DNA from: a virus | Taxonomy: Duplodnaviria > Caudoviricetes | Virus record (IMG/VR): IMGVR_UViG_3300037424_003001 | Location: 1-37,593 of that record | Strand: one strand, 5' to 3' | Length of the DNA: 37,593 nt | Shown: one piece after another, positions 8,704-18,112 of the stretch | How positions within the stretch are numbered: position 1 is the stretch's first letter | How the letters are laid out: each line of letters opens with the position of its first letter | Notes under the pieces: model-generated | Told to the model about the DNA's origin: nothing | The model's database searches: none | Seen by the model: only the letters and a program-made list of their open reading frames with translations | Program-made: the position numbers and the translations under genes

Positions 8704-8979
8704 ATGACCAACGAGCTGCTCTCGTCCCTTCTCGTCGTTGACTGCGAGGTCCGCCGCCGGACCCACCGCGCCCAGCCGGACGATCCAACGGCACGGCAGC
8801 TGAAGGACGCCATGCGCACCGTCTCGCGTGCCGCCCTGGCCAGCGCCAGCGCCAACGGGGCACAGCTCGACCCCGACCTCATCATCCAAAACTACATCGC
8901 CGCCGAGGGTAACTGGCAGGCGCTGGTTGCGGCGGTCACCCGCCACGGCCTCGACGCCCAGGCCCGGAGGATTTCCTGA
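8704..8979 (+). CDS. Hypothetical protein
   Basis: GGAGG RBS; fits the operon packing. Confidence 0.6.
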   Translation: MTNELLSSLLVVDCEVRRRTHRAQPDDPTARQLKDAMRTVSRAALASASANGAQLDPDLIIQNYIAAEGNWQALVAAVTRHGLDAQARRIS

Positions 8980-9800
8980 TGGAAGATCTGCGTTTCGACA
9001 TCGTCAAGCTGCTGCTCGCCCACGGCATCCCGGCCCCCGACCTGGTCCCGACGGCGCGCGACGTGCTGGCCTTCGTGAGCGAACAGGCTCCGCAGGCAGA
9101 CGTGTTGCCGACGACATCTCATCTTGTTGTCGACACCAAGGAGCCCGAACCGCCAGTGACCGACCGCCAACTCGCCATCGCCCTCCAGGCTTATGACGAC
9201 TTGAAGGACTTGAAGGAAAAGTCGGCGCCGTTCGTCCGCTGGACCCCGGAGCGGGTGGTCGAACTCGAACGGTGGCGCGCGTCCGGTGCCAGCAATGAAA
9301 AGATCGCCCAGCATTTTGGCACGACGCAGAAAGCGGTCAGTATCGCGGCAGACCGCTTCGGCATCGCCGCCCGGTGGCCGCGCCGGACCAAGAAGCTGAT
9401 GTTCACGCCGATCCCGCTCGACGCGCCCTGGCCGGCCGACCAGGCGGCCCCACAAGAGCCGGAAGTGGGCATCATGCCCACTCCCGCCGACACGGTGCCC
9501 GCCCGCGAGGTGCCGCCCGCCCGGCGGGCCCGCCCGGTCTGCGCGCCGATGATCCGCACCCAGTCGTTCATTCTCGATTGGCTCAACGAACATAACGTCG
9601 ATGCGGCCGAGGAATCCGCCGGCTGGCGATGGGAACAGGAGACCGGGCTCACCTTCCGCCAGATCCTCGCCCGGGCCAACAACTTGAGGATACGGCAGGG
9701 CCTGTCGCCCTTCGCCGACCCGGAGCCCGACCCCCTGGCGCTCCCGGTCGGCGCCGACGGCGGCTCGATCTGCGGCTCCAGTCTGGGGAACATCGGATGA
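8979..9800 (+). CDS. Hypothetical protein with an internal GcrA-like HTH
   Basis: WTPERVVELERWRASGASNEKIAQHFGTTQKAVSIAADRFGI resembles the GcrA N-terminus. Confidence 0.6.
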   Translation: MEDLRFDIVKLLLAHGIPAPDLVPTARDVLAFVSEQAPQADVLPTTSHLVVDTKEPEPPVTDRQLAIALQAYDDLKDLKEKSAPFVRWTPERVVELERWRASGASNEKIAQHFGTTQKAVSIAADRFGIAARWPRRTKKLMFTPIPLDAPWPADQAAPQEPEVGIMPTPADTVPAREVPPARRARPVCAPMIRTQSFILDWLNEHNVDAAEESAGWRWEQETGLTFRQILARANNLRIRQGLSPFADPEPDPLALPVGADGGSICGSSLGNIG

Positions 9801-10429
9801 CCCAGGCCAGCTTCTTCCCCCAATTCGAGGGCATCGCTCCGGCGGCCTCCTTCAAGTCGCTCGAAGATCAGGCCGACGCCGCCGAGTGCTGGGAGACGCC
9901 GGCCTGGGCGGCCCGCGCCATCCTCGACGTCGAGATCCTGACACCCGACGTCATCGACCCCTGCTGTGGTACGGGTGTTCTAACCGAGGCGGCGCGGGCA
10001 GCCGGATACCGCGTGATCGCCAACGACCTCTACGACTGGGGATACAAGGGCTCTACCGGCGTCGGCATCGATTTTCTGAACAGCGGTTGGGTGGGGGCCT
10101 CAGAGGGGGCGGACTGCACCGTCTTGATGAACCCGCCGTTCTCGCTGGCCTGCCGGTTCGTCGATCTCGCGCGTCACTCCGGCGCCCGCAAGATCGTCTG
10201 CTTCCAGCGCCAGGCGTGGCGGGAATCGGAAACCCGGCGCGACTGGTGGGACCTCAACCCGCCCGCCCGCGTGTGGCTGTGCGGCAACCGCGCGAGCTGC
10301 TGGCTGTTCACCGTGCCGCCCGAGGAGCGCAAGGGCGGCACGCCGGTGGCGCACGCCTGGTACGTCTGGGAGCGCGGCCACCGTGGCGCCGAGCTGACCG
10401 GGGCGATCTGGAAGGAAGGCAACCCATGA
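9797..10429 (+). CDS. Small amino-(N6-adenine) DNA methyltransferase
   Basis: WETP, motif I DPCCGTG and motif IV NPPF. Confidence 0.8.
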   Translation: MTQASFFPQFEGIAPAASFKSLEDQADAAECWETPAWAARAILDVEILTPDVIDPCCGTGVLTEAARAAGYRVIANDLYDWGYKGSTGVGIDFLNSGWVGASEGADCTVLMNPPFSLACRFVDLARHSGARKIVCFQRQAWRESETRRDWWDLNPPARVWLCGNRASCWLFTVPPEERKGGTPVAHAWYVWERGHRGAELTGAIWKEGNP

Positions 10430-10656
10430 ACGCCGACCGCACCGGCAATGACGGGATCAAGGCCCTCCGGAAGGTGCTGAGAAAGGCCCGCCGGTATATC
10501 GCGAGCGACGTGGATGTCCTCATCGACTGCGCCTGCCTCCACGACCCCAAGGGCCATCCTCTCCGCGAAACCATGGACGATATAACCCGTCCCTACGTCG
10601 AGCGGGCGGAGGCCCTGCTTGCTGAGATCGACGCCCACCTGAACGTCAAAGGATGA
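10426..10656 (+). CDS. Hypothetical protein
   Basis: ATGA overlap; AAGGAAGG RBS. Confidence 0.6.
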   Translation: MNADRTGNDGIKALRKVLRKARRYIASDVDVLIDCACLHDPKGHPLRETMDDITRPYVERAEALLAEIDAHLNVKG

Positions 10657-10660
10657 CGCC

Positions 10661-11296
10661 ATGAACGCCCTCCGCAAGACCGCCCCTTCCGAGGCCGCCC
10701 GCAACCGCCTGATCGGCGCCGTCCATTTCGCCGCCAAGAAGCGCGGTATCGAGGGCGACGACTACCGCGACATGCTGAGGGCCGTGGTCGGCAAGGAGAG
10801 CTGTGCCGACCTCACGCTCCCCGAGATGGGCAAGGTGCTCGACCACCTGAACGGCGCGGCGCGCTCCCGGTCGGCCGGCGAGGTGCCGCAGGCCGGCAAG
10901 ATCCGCGCCCTGTGGATCTCGGGCTATTGGCTGGGCGTGGTGAACGATCGCTCGGACGCCTCGCTGCGCGCCTTCGTCAAGCGCCAGACCGGAATCGAGA
11001 CCGAACGTTGGCTGCGCGACCCGGCCGACGCCCGCAAGGTGATCGAGGCGCTCAAGTCCTGGCTCACGAGGGTGGCCGGGATCAACTGGGGCGAGGCCAA
11101 TCACAATCCGCGCCATCACGTTGTTCGTGCCCAGATCCGGCGGCTGGCGGACATCGGCGTCAAGATTAATGCCGAGATGCGTGGCTACGCGGTAACCGGC
11201 AAGTCCGGCCTGGCGTGGTACGGCGACCGCGACTGGGACGCCCTGATCGTCGACCTGGGGCGAGAGCTGCGCGGGCACCTGGAGATGGACGTGTGA
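10661..11296 (+). CDS. GemA/gp16 (DUF1018) family protein
   Basis: DDYRDML...GKESCADL...KIRALW...SLRAFVKRQTG...KVIEALKSW. Confidence 0.85.
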   Translation: MNALRKTAPSEAARNRLIGAVHFAAKKRGIEGDDYRDMLRAVVGKESCADLTLPEMGKVLDHLNGAARSRSAGEVPQAGKIRALWISGYWLGVVNDRSDASLRAFVKRQTGIETERWLRDPADARKVIEALKSWLTRVAGINWGEANHNPRHHVVRAQIRRLADIGVKINAEMRGYAVTGKSGLAWYGDRDWDALIVDLGRELRGHLEMDV

Positions 11297-11565
11297 TGAC
11301 CTATCGCCACCGCCCCAAATGCCACGGCCACGTCGGCACCTGGCCGACCGCCGAGATCGTCGCCGCCGACCCCGGCCTGGCCAAGTTCGACGCGATGCTG
11401 ACCGCCGACGGGTTCAACCGGTCCGAGAAGACTCCGGTCTACCGGCGCCGGGATGGCACGTACACGCTGCGCGTTGTCTGGCGCCGGCGCGCCGATGGTT
11501 CGTCGGAGGTCTGGACCAAGTCGCTCCGCGTCCAGTTCGTCGAGATGCAGGAGGCACCGGCATGA
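11296..11565 (+). CDS. Hypothetical protein
   Basis: Coupled ORF (TGATG); MTYRHRPKCHG... Confidence 0.55.
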   Translation: MTYRHRPKCHGHVGTWPTAEIVAADPGLAKFDAMLTADGFNRSEKTPVYRRRDGTYTLRVVWRRRADGSSEVWTKSLRVQFVEMQEAPA

Positions 11566-11834
11566 TGGCGGCGGCGGGCAAGCCCATGACCGGCAGCCTC
11601 TTCCCCGACCTGGCGCCGACGTCGCCTTTGCGTCGGCAGCGCCGGCGGGGGCATGCGGCCATCCCCGGCACCGGGCCGAAGGGAGAGACGTGCGGCACGT
11701 GCGCCCACCTGGCCCGTCACCGCATGGCGAAGACTTACCTCAAGTGCGACCTGATCCGCTGGACGTCGGGCCCTGGCACGGACGTGCGCGCCAAAGACCC
11801 CGCCTGCTCGCGATGGGAGAGGCGCGGTGGCTGA
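11562..11834 (+). CDS. Small Cys-rich putative Zn-binding protein
   Basis: GTGPKGETCGTCAH...YLKCDL...TDVRAKDPACSRWE. Confidence 0.6.
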   Translation: MMAAAGKPMTGSLFPDLAPTSPLRRQRRRGHAAIPGTGPKGETCGTCAHLARHRMAKTYLKCDLIRWTSGPGTDVRAKDPACSRWERRGG

Positions 11835-12177
11835 CCGCTTCCCCCATGGCCTCCAGCAGATCGCCGACGCCGCCGGCATCGAGGCGGCGCTGACGCTGGC
11901 GCTCAAGTGCGCCGGCCGTCGGCTGCGCATCCCCCAGAATGCTGAGGGTTCCGACCTTGCCGGCATCGTCGGCATTGACGCGGCCCGCCTTATCGTGGAG
12001 CATCTGGCCGACGAGCGGATCGAGATCCCGCAGGCCAAGCGTATCCTGGCCAAGTGGCTGCGGGGCAAGGGCTGGAGCCAGGAGCACGTCGCCAACACGC
12101 TCCGCCTCGCCCGGCGCACCGTCCAGTATTGGGACGCCGGCACGACCCCCTCCATGCAAAGCGACCTCTTCTCCTGA
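11827..12177 (+). CDS. Mor/C-like late transcription activator
   Basis: GIEAALTLA...GRRLRIP...ERIEIP plus C-terminal HTH (WSQEHVANTLRLARRTVQYW); last gene before lysis, as for Mu C. GTG start. Confidence 0.75.
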   Translation: MADRFPHGLQQIADAAGIEAALTLALKCAGRRLRIPQNAEGSDLAGIVGIDAARLIVEHLADERIEIPQAKRILAKWLRGKGWSQEHVANTLRLARRTVQYWDAGTTPSMQSDLFS

Positions 12178-12185
12178 CCGCCCCG

Positions 12186-12235
12186 GGGCGCAGCCTTGCG
12201 CCCTCACATCATCCTGAAAAACCGACCACCATACT
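12186..12235 (+). promoter_or_regulatory. Putative activator-dependent late promoter (lysis operon)
   Basis: Palindrome GGGCGCAGCCTTGCGCCC at 12186-12203 and CATACT at 12230-12235; near-identical palindrome at 19677. Confidence 0.6.
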
Positions 12236-12276
12236 GCCGTCGCGGGGGCTTTCCCCCGCTTGCTGTAGGTGGACAG

Positions 12277-12672
12277 ATGCCCAAGTTCTCGCCAACCTCG
12301 CTGGATCGCCTCGCGACGTGCGACGCGCGTTTGCAGCGGGTGTTCCACGCCGCCGTCCTTGTCGCCGACTGCACGATCATCACCGGCCACCGCGGCCAGG
12401 CCGAGCAGGACGAAGCCTTCCGGACCGGCAAGAGTAAGGTGAAGTGGCCCGAGGGCAAGCACAATAGCCTGCCGGCGAAGGCCGTCGACGCCGCGCCCTA
12501 CCCCATCGACTGGAACGACCGCGAGCGGGCGACGCTGTTCGCCGGCTTCGTCCTGGGCCTGGCGCATGGGATGGGCATCCGGCTGCGTTGGGGCGGGGAC
12601 TGGAATGGCAACTGGGAGGTCGCCGACAACGGCTTCGACGATCTGTGGCATTTCGAGCTGGTGGAGGACTAG
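12277..12672 (+). CDS. Endolysin, M15 family (L-Ala-D-Glu peptidase-like)
   Basis: GHRGQAEQ...KH...AVD...LRWGGDW...DLWHFEL. Confidence 0.88.
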   Translation: MPKFSPTSLDRLATCDARLQRVFHAAVLVADCTIITGHRGQAEQDEAFRTGKSKVKWPEGKHNSLPAKAVDAAPYPIDWNDRERATLFAGFVLGLAHGMGIRLRWGGDWNGNWEVADNGFDDLWHFELVED

Positions 12673-12675
12673 CCC

Positions 12676-12969
12676 ATGAACGCTCTTCAGGTTATTGCCG
12701 AATGGCTGCGCGGGCATTGGGCTGCGCTGGCGGCGATTGTCTACGCGATCGCCGTCATCACCACGATCTGCTTCCTGCCCGCCGATATCCGCAAGGGCGC
12801 CCTCATCACGCTTGCCGTCATCCTCGTCGCCATCGCCGGTTTGTTCGTCTGGGCGGCCGAGCCGTGGACCCCCGGACACTTCGATTTCGAGCGGGGCCTG
12901 CTCTTGTCCGCCAGCGGCATCGGGGCGATTGGCGTCTTCTTCGCCGCCTGGGCCTGGTTGATCTGGTAG
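12676..12969 (+). CDS. Three-TM membrane protein in the lysis cassette
   Basis: Three hydrophobic segments; GGAGGA RBS. Confidence 0.6.
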   Translation: MNALQVIAEWLRGHWAALAAIVYAIAVITTICFLPADIRKGALITLAVILVAIAGLFVWAAEPWTPGHFDFERGLLLSASGIGAIGVFFAAWAWLIW

Positions 12970-12979
12970 GGGCGCGGCC

Positions 12980-13582
12980 GTGGACCCCATCTCGCTCGCG
13001 CTGGGCATCGCCAGCTTCGCCGCGCCGAGGCTGGCCAAGTGGCTAGGCGGCGACAAGGCCGAGACCGTCGCCAACGAGGTGATCGGCCTGGCGCAGTCGG
13101 TGACCGGCACGGACAACGGCACGGCGGCGCTGACCGCGCTCAAGGCCGACCCGCAGGCCATGATCGAGTTCCAGCGCCTGGTGGGCGACCTGGAGGTCCG
13201 GCTCTACGAGGAGGAGACGAAGCGCCTTGAGGCGGTCAACGCCACCATGCGCTCCGAGGCCACCTCGAACGATCCCTACGTGCGGCGCTGGCGGCCGACC
13301 TTCGGCTACGCCATGGCCGCCACCTGGTCGCTGCAGATCCTCGGCACCGTCGCCGGCATGATCTACGCCATCGTCGCCGAGCCCAAGAATGCCGCCGACA
13401 TTCTGACCGGCATCGCCGAGGCCAACGCCGCGACGGCCACGATGTGGACGGTCGCGCTTTCGGTCATGGGCGTCGCCGTGTGGAAGCGCTCGGCCGACAA
13501 GAAGCTGGCTGCCGGCCAGGACTCCGGCGGCGGCATGTTCGACACGCTGATGTCCCGGCTTCCCGGAGGCGCCCGTGGTTGA
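12980..13582 (+). CDS. Holin, GTA-type 3TM family
   Basis: DPYVRRWRPTFGY...TM segments...RSADK; GTG start. Confidence 0.75.
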   Translation: MDPISLALGIASFAAPRLAKWLGGDKAETVANEVIGLAQSVTGTDNGTAALTALKADPQAMIEFQRLVGDLEVRLYEEETKRLEAVNATMRSEATSNDPYVRRWRPTFGYAMAATWSLQILGTVAGMIYAIVAEPKNAADILTGIAEANAATATMWTVALSVMGVAVWKRSADKKLAAGQDSGGGMFDTLMSRLPGGARG

Positions 13583-13721
13583 CCTGGTCGACCGCGCCCA
13601 GGCGCTGGAGGAGATCCAGCGCGAGGAGGCGCTCCAGCGAGTCCTCGACAGAGCCCGGCGCCCGCAGGCGCCTCAGGAACCCACCCACCCCCCCGAACAA
13701 GCGGAAAGAGACGACTCATGA
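13575..13721 (+). CDS. 48-aa TraR/DksA-like N-terminal stub lacking the C4 zinc finger (not in the ORF track)
   Basis: VDLVDRAQALEEIQREEAL; GTG start after GGAGG and ATGA overlap with the next gene. Confidence 0.5.
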   Translation: MVDLVDRAQALEEIQREEALQRVLDRARRPQAPQEPTHPPEQAERDDS

Positions 13722-14080
13722 ACTGGGAAGCCGCCCGGACCATCCTCGATTTCCTCGCCCTCGTCGGCGCCTTCCTGGCGTGGTTCTACGCCTTTCAGGC
13801 AGCTCGTACGAAGGCGACGCACAACGACATCGAGAAGCTGCGCGACGAACATGGCGGCCGCCTCGGCCAGCATGGCGAGCGCATCACGCGGCTCGAAAGC
13901 CAGGTCGACGCCCTGCCGGGCCGCGGCGACATCGGCAAGCTGCATGCCCGTGTCGATGAGCTGGTGAAAGACCTCGGAGACGTCGCCTCCGACGTATCGG
14001 CGATCGGCGCGACCGTCGAGGAAGTGAACAAGACCGTTTCCCTGCTTAACCGGTATCACATCAGCGGAGCTGGCAAATGA
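13718..14080 (+). CDS. DUF2730-like membrane-anchored coiled-coil protein (Mu gp25 position)
   Basis: N-terminal TM, RITRLESQVDALP..D and synteny. Confidence 0.7.
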   Translation: MNWEAARTILDFLALVGAFLAWFYAFQAARTKATHNDIEKLRDEHGGRLGQHGERITRLESQVDALPGRGDIGKLHARVDELVKDLGDVASDVSAIGATVEEVNKTVSLLNRYHISGAGK

Positions 14081-14376
14081 GCTACCCGGATTTCGTGGCG
14101 GCAAACCGCCGCTGGACCATCCTCAAGCTGCTGGCCGGGGCGACGCCTCCCGAGTTCGACGCCGGGCTGATCCACAAAGGGATCGCCTACCTCAACCCCA
14201 CCCACAAGGTGGGGCTTTCCACGATCCTCGCGGACCTGCGGTGGCTGGAAAATCACCTGCTTGTCGAACTGTCGGTCGAAAGCGACCTAGTCAGCGCCAA
14301 GCTGACCCAGCGCGGTGCCGACGTCGCCGCCGGCAGTGAACACGTCGACGGCGTCGATGAACCGCCGCTTGGTTGA
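14077..14376 (+). CDS. Mu gp26-like winged-helix protein
   Basis: RRWTILKLL...DLRWLE...AKLTQRGADVAAG...DGV; synteny. Confidence 0.75.
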   Translation: MSYPDFVAANRRWTILKLLAGATPPEFDAGLIHKGIAYLNPTHKVGLSTILADLRWLENHLLVELSVESDLVSAKLTQRGADVAAGSEHVDGVDEPPLG

Positions 14377-14388
14377 GGGGGTGTTTAA

Positions 14389-14955
14389 ATGCCCCGTAAA
14401 TCATCTGTGACAGCCATGCTGCCCCCCCAGGATCTGCGCGAGTTGAACGAGAAGATCGGCTCGGGCAAATACACCCTGGACGAACTAGTCGAGTGGCTGG
14501 CCGAGCGCGGCTATACCCTGTCGAGGTCGGCCCTGCACCGGCACGGCATCGACGTGCGCCGGGTGGCCGAGAAGCTCCAGCAGTCACGCGAGGTGACGGC
14601 GGCCCTGGTGGCCGAGCTGGGCGACTCCGCAGCGCAGGGCAAGCAGGGCCGCCTGCTGGTCGAGATGGCCCGTTCCATCGTCTTCGACCTTCTGATGAAG
14701 ATCCAGATGGCCGAGGGGGATGGCCTCCCGCTGACGCCGATGGACGTCGCCTTCGTAGGCAAGGGCCTGGCCGAGTTGGGCCGGGCGTTGAGGCTGGACC
14801 AAGACTTCGAGACGAAGATCGCCGAGGCCGCCGAGAAGCGCACCAAGCAGGCGGCGGTCGCCGAGGTCGACGCGGTGGCCCGCGAGAAGGGCCTGTCGGC
14901 CGATACCGTCAACGCCATCAAATCGAAGATCCTCGGCGTCAAGGTCCCGAAATGA
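14389..14955 (+). CDS. Mu gp27-like DUF3486 protein (putative small terminase)
   Basis: MPRKSSV...LSRSALHRHG...GLSADTVNAIKSKILGV. Confidence 0.85.
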   Translation: MPRKSSVTAMLPPQDLRELNEKIGSGKYTLDELVEWLAERGYTLSRSALHRHGIDVRRVAEKLQQSREVTAALVAELGDSAAQGKQGRLLVEMARSIVFDLLMKIQMAEGDGLPLTPMDVAFVGKGLAELGRALRLDQDFETKIAEAAEKRTKQAAVAEVDAVAREKGLSADTVNAIKSKILGVKVPK

Positions 14956-16577
14956 CGCCCGAGCTGGCCCAGGAGTTCCCCGACATCCTGCGCGGGCTGG
15001 GCAGCAGTCTGCCCGACGTTCTGCTTTCCTACCAGGCCAAGCTTCTGGCCACCACGGCGATCAGCCAGGTCGTGGTTTGCGAGAAGTCGCGGCGCATCGG
15101 CGTCACCTGGGCGATCGCCGCAGACGCCGTGCTGACCGCCGGCGCCGCCCGATCGGCCGCCGGCATGGACGTGCTCTACATCGGCTACAACATGGACATG
15201 GCGCGCGAGTTCGTAGACGCCTGCGCCATGTGGGCCAAGGCGTTCCTGCCGGCCGCCTCGGAGGTCGACGAGTTCCTGTTCAAGGATACCGACGACAAGG
15301 GGGCGGACAGGGCCATCCAGGCCTACCGCATCACCTTCGCCGCGGGCTTCGAGATCGTGGCCCTTTCCTCCAAGCCGCGATCCCTGCGCGGCCGCCAGGG
15401 CTATCTGATCTTCGACGAGGCGGCCTTCCACGACGATCTGCCCGGCATGCTCAAGGCCGGCATGGCCTTCCTCATGTGGGGCGGCAAGATCCTCGTCATC
15501 TCGACCCACGACGGCGAGGCGAATCCTTTCGCCACCCTGGTCAACGACAGCCGGGCCGGCCGCAAGCCTTACGCCGTGGTGCGCATCACCTTCGACGACG
15601 CCATCGCCGACGGGCTCTATGAGCGAACCGCCCTGATGGCGGCGGCCCGCGGCATTCCCGTGAAGCCCAAAGATAAATGGATCGCCGACATCCGGGCCTT
15701 TTACGGCGACGACGCGGCCGAGGAGCTGGACGTCATCCCCGCCCAGGGCACCGGCACCGCCATTTCCGGCGCGCTGATCGAGGCGCGCATGTCCCCCGAC
15801 ATTCCGGTCCTGCGCTGGACGCCGCCCACAGGCTTCTCCGAATGGCCGGAACATTTGCGCGAGGCCGAGGCGCGCGACTGGTGCGAGGCCAACCTCAAGC
15901 CGCTGCTGGACAATCTCGACCCCAAGCGCCAGCACTTCTTCGGTGAGGACTTTGGCCGGCTGCGCGACATGACGGTCATCTGGCCCTTGGCGCTGACGCA
16001 GGACATGGTGCGCCGCGCGCCCTTCGTCGTCGAGCTGGCGGGCGTGCCGTTCGAGCAGCAGCGCCAGGTGCTCTTCTACATCCTGGACCGGTTGCCCCGC
16101 TTCTGCGGCGGCGCCATGGACGCCACCGGCAACGGCGCCTACCTGGCCGAGGTGGCGGCGCAGCGCTACGGGACCGGGCGCATCGCCCAGGTCATGCTGT
16201 CGATCCAGTGGTACCGCGAGAACATGCCGCGCTTCGTCGCCGCCTTCGAGGATGCCACCACGCTGCTGCCCAGGGACGCCGACATCGGCAACGACCACCG
16301 GGCCTTGAAGAAGGTCAACGGGGTGATACAGGTGCCGGCGCTGCGCGCCCAGGACACCAAGGATCGGAACCGCAAGCGGCACGGCGACTCGGCAATCGCC
16401 CATGCGCTGGCGTATTTCGCGTCGATCGCCGACGTCCACGAATACGGCTACACGCCGGCCGCGGCCGAGGCGCCGGCTGCCGAGGGCCGCATGATCTGGC
16501 GTCCGCGCGACGACGACAACCCAACCGGCGGTTTCGACGCGCGCTCCGGCCTGGGCGGCACGAGAGGAGGATGGTGA
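14952..16577 (+). CDS. Terminase large subunit (Mu gp28-like)
   Basis: EKSRRIGVTW, LRGRQG..IFDEAAF, DATGNG and RHGDSAIA motifs. Confidence 0.93.
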   Translation: MTPELAQEFPDILRGLGSSLPDVLLSYQAKLLATTAISQVVVCEKSRRIGVTWAIAADAVLTAGAARSAAGMDVLYIGYNMDMAREFVDACAMWAKAFLPAASEVDEFLFKDTDDKGADRAIQAYRITFAAGFEIVALSSKPRSLRGRQGYLIFDEAAFHDDLPGMLKAGMAFLMWGGKILVISTHDGEANPFATLVNDSRAGRKPYAVVRITFDDAIADGLYERTALMAAARGIPVKPKDKWIADIRAFYGDDAAEELDVIPAQGTGTAISGALIEARMSPDIPVLRWTPPTGFSEWPEHLREAEARDWCEANLKPLLDNLDPKRQHFFGEDFGRLRDMTVIWPLALTQDMVRRAPFVVELAGVPFEQQRQVLFYILDRLPRFCGGAMDATGNGAYLAEVAAQRYGTGRIAQVMLSIQWYRENMPRFVAAFEDATTLLPRDADIGNDHRALKKVNGVIQVPALRAQDTKDRNRKRHGDSAIAHALAYFASIADVHEYGYTPAAAEAPAAEGRMIWRPRDDDNPTGGFDARSGLGGTRGGW

Positions 16578-18112
16578 TGGCTGGGCTGATCGACCAATGG
16601 GGCAATCCGATCGACTTCACTGCGCTCAAGCGCGAGCAGGCGGCGGCGACGGTGAGCGGCGTGCGCTCTTTCCTATCCGGCCATCCCTCGGTCGGCCTGA
16701 CGCCGGATCGCCTGGCCCGGCTGCTCCGCGACGCCGAGGAGGGCGACCCGACGGCCTACCTGGAGCTGGCCGAGGAGATGGAGGAGAAGGACCTCCATTA
16801 CCGGAGCGTGCTGTCCACCCGCAAGCTGCAGGTGGCCCAGCTCGACATCACCGTCGAGGCGGCCACCGACGAGAAGGCCGACGTCGGCAACGCGGACCTG
16901 GTGCGCGAATTGCTGAACCGCGACGAGCTGCAGGATGACCTGGTCGACATTATGGACGCCCTTGGCAAGGGCTTCTCGGCGACCGAGATCATCTGGCAAA
17001 CCTCGGAGCGCCAATGGCGGCCGGCCCGCTTCGAATGGCGCGACCCCCGGTGGTTCCGCTTCGACGACATCGATGGGCGCACGCTCCGTCTGATCGGCGA
17101 GGGCGGGCAGCCCGAGCCCCTGGCCCCCTACAAGTTCATCGTGCATCGGCCCCGCCTCAAGGCGGGCTTGCCGATCCGCGGCGGATTCGCCCGCGCCATT
17201 GCCTGGGCCTACTGCTTCAAGAACTTCGACCTCAAGTCCTGGCTGGTCTTCGCCGAGATCTTCGGCATGCCGCTCAGGCTCGGCAAGTATCATCCCGGCG
17301 CCACCCCCGAGGAACGGGACACGCTGCTCAGGGCGGTGACCTCGATCAGTCGCGACGCCGCCGCCATCATCCCCGACAGCATGACGATCGAGTTCCCCGA
17401 GACGGGAAACAAGACGGGCTCGGTCGATCTCTACGAGCGCATGGCGGAGTATTTCGACCGCCAGGTCAGCAAGGCCGTGCTGGGCCAGACCGCAACCACC
17501 GACGCCATCCAGGGCGGCTATGCGGTCGGCAAGACGCACGACCAGGTGCGCGGCGACATCGAGCAGGCCGACGCCCGCCAACTCGCGGCGACGCTGAACC
17601 GCGACCTGGTCAAGCCCTTCATCGACCTCAACAAGGGGCCACAGGCGGCCTATCCCAAGATCGTCATCGGCCGCGCCGAGCAGACGGACGTGACCAAGCT
17701 CACCGACGCGCTGGCCAAGCTGGTGCCGCTCGGCCTCAAGGTCGAGCAGTCCGTGGTGCGCGATCGCATCGGCCTGCCCGACCCCGAGGAGGACGCGGAT
17801 CTCCTGGTGCCTCCGGCCGCGCAGCCGCCCGCCCCGAGCCTGACCCGGGCGCTGGCCCGCGCCCGGGCGGCGACCCGTCCGGCGCGCGACGAGACGGACG
17901 ACCTGGTCGACCAGGTCGAGACGCTGGCCGCGCCGATCCTCGTCGACATGGTCGAGCAGATCCGCCGCGTCGTCGACGAGGCGGCGACGCTGGAAGAGGC
18001 GCAGGCGCGCCTGGCTACCCTCTTTCCCGGAAGCGCCACCGACGAGCTGGCCGAGATCCTGGCCCGCGCCATGATGGCGTCCGACCTCCAGGGAGCCGCC
18101 GACGTTGGCTGA
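16577..18112 (+). CDS. Portal protein (Mu gp29/DUF935)
   Basis: EEMEEKD, W..FAEIFGMPLRLGKY and SKAVLGQT motifs. Confidence 0.92.
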   Translation: MAGLIDQWGNPIDFTALKREQAAATVSGVRSFLSGHPSVGLTPDRLARLLRDAEEGDPTAYLELAEEMEEKDLHYRSVLSTRKLQVAQLDITVEAATDEKADVGNADLVRELLNRDELQDDLVDIMDALGKGFSATEIIWQTSERQWRPARFEWRDPRWFRFDDIDGRTLRLIGEGGQPEPLAPYKFIVHRPRLKAGLPIRGGFARAIAWAYCFKNFDLKSWLVFAEIFGMPLRLGKYHPGATPEERDTLLRAVTSISRDAAAIIPDSMTIEFPETGNKTGSVDLYERMAEYFDRQVSKAVLGQTATTDAIQGGYAVGKTHDQVRGDIEQADARQLAATLNRDLVKPFIDLNKGPQAAYPKIVIGRAEQTDVTKLTDALAKLVPLGLKVEQSVVRDRIGLPDPEEDADLLVPPAAQPPAPSLTRALARARAATRPARDETDDLVDQVETLAAPILVDMVEQIRRVVDEAATLEEAQARLATLFPGSATDELAEILARAMMASDLQGAADVG

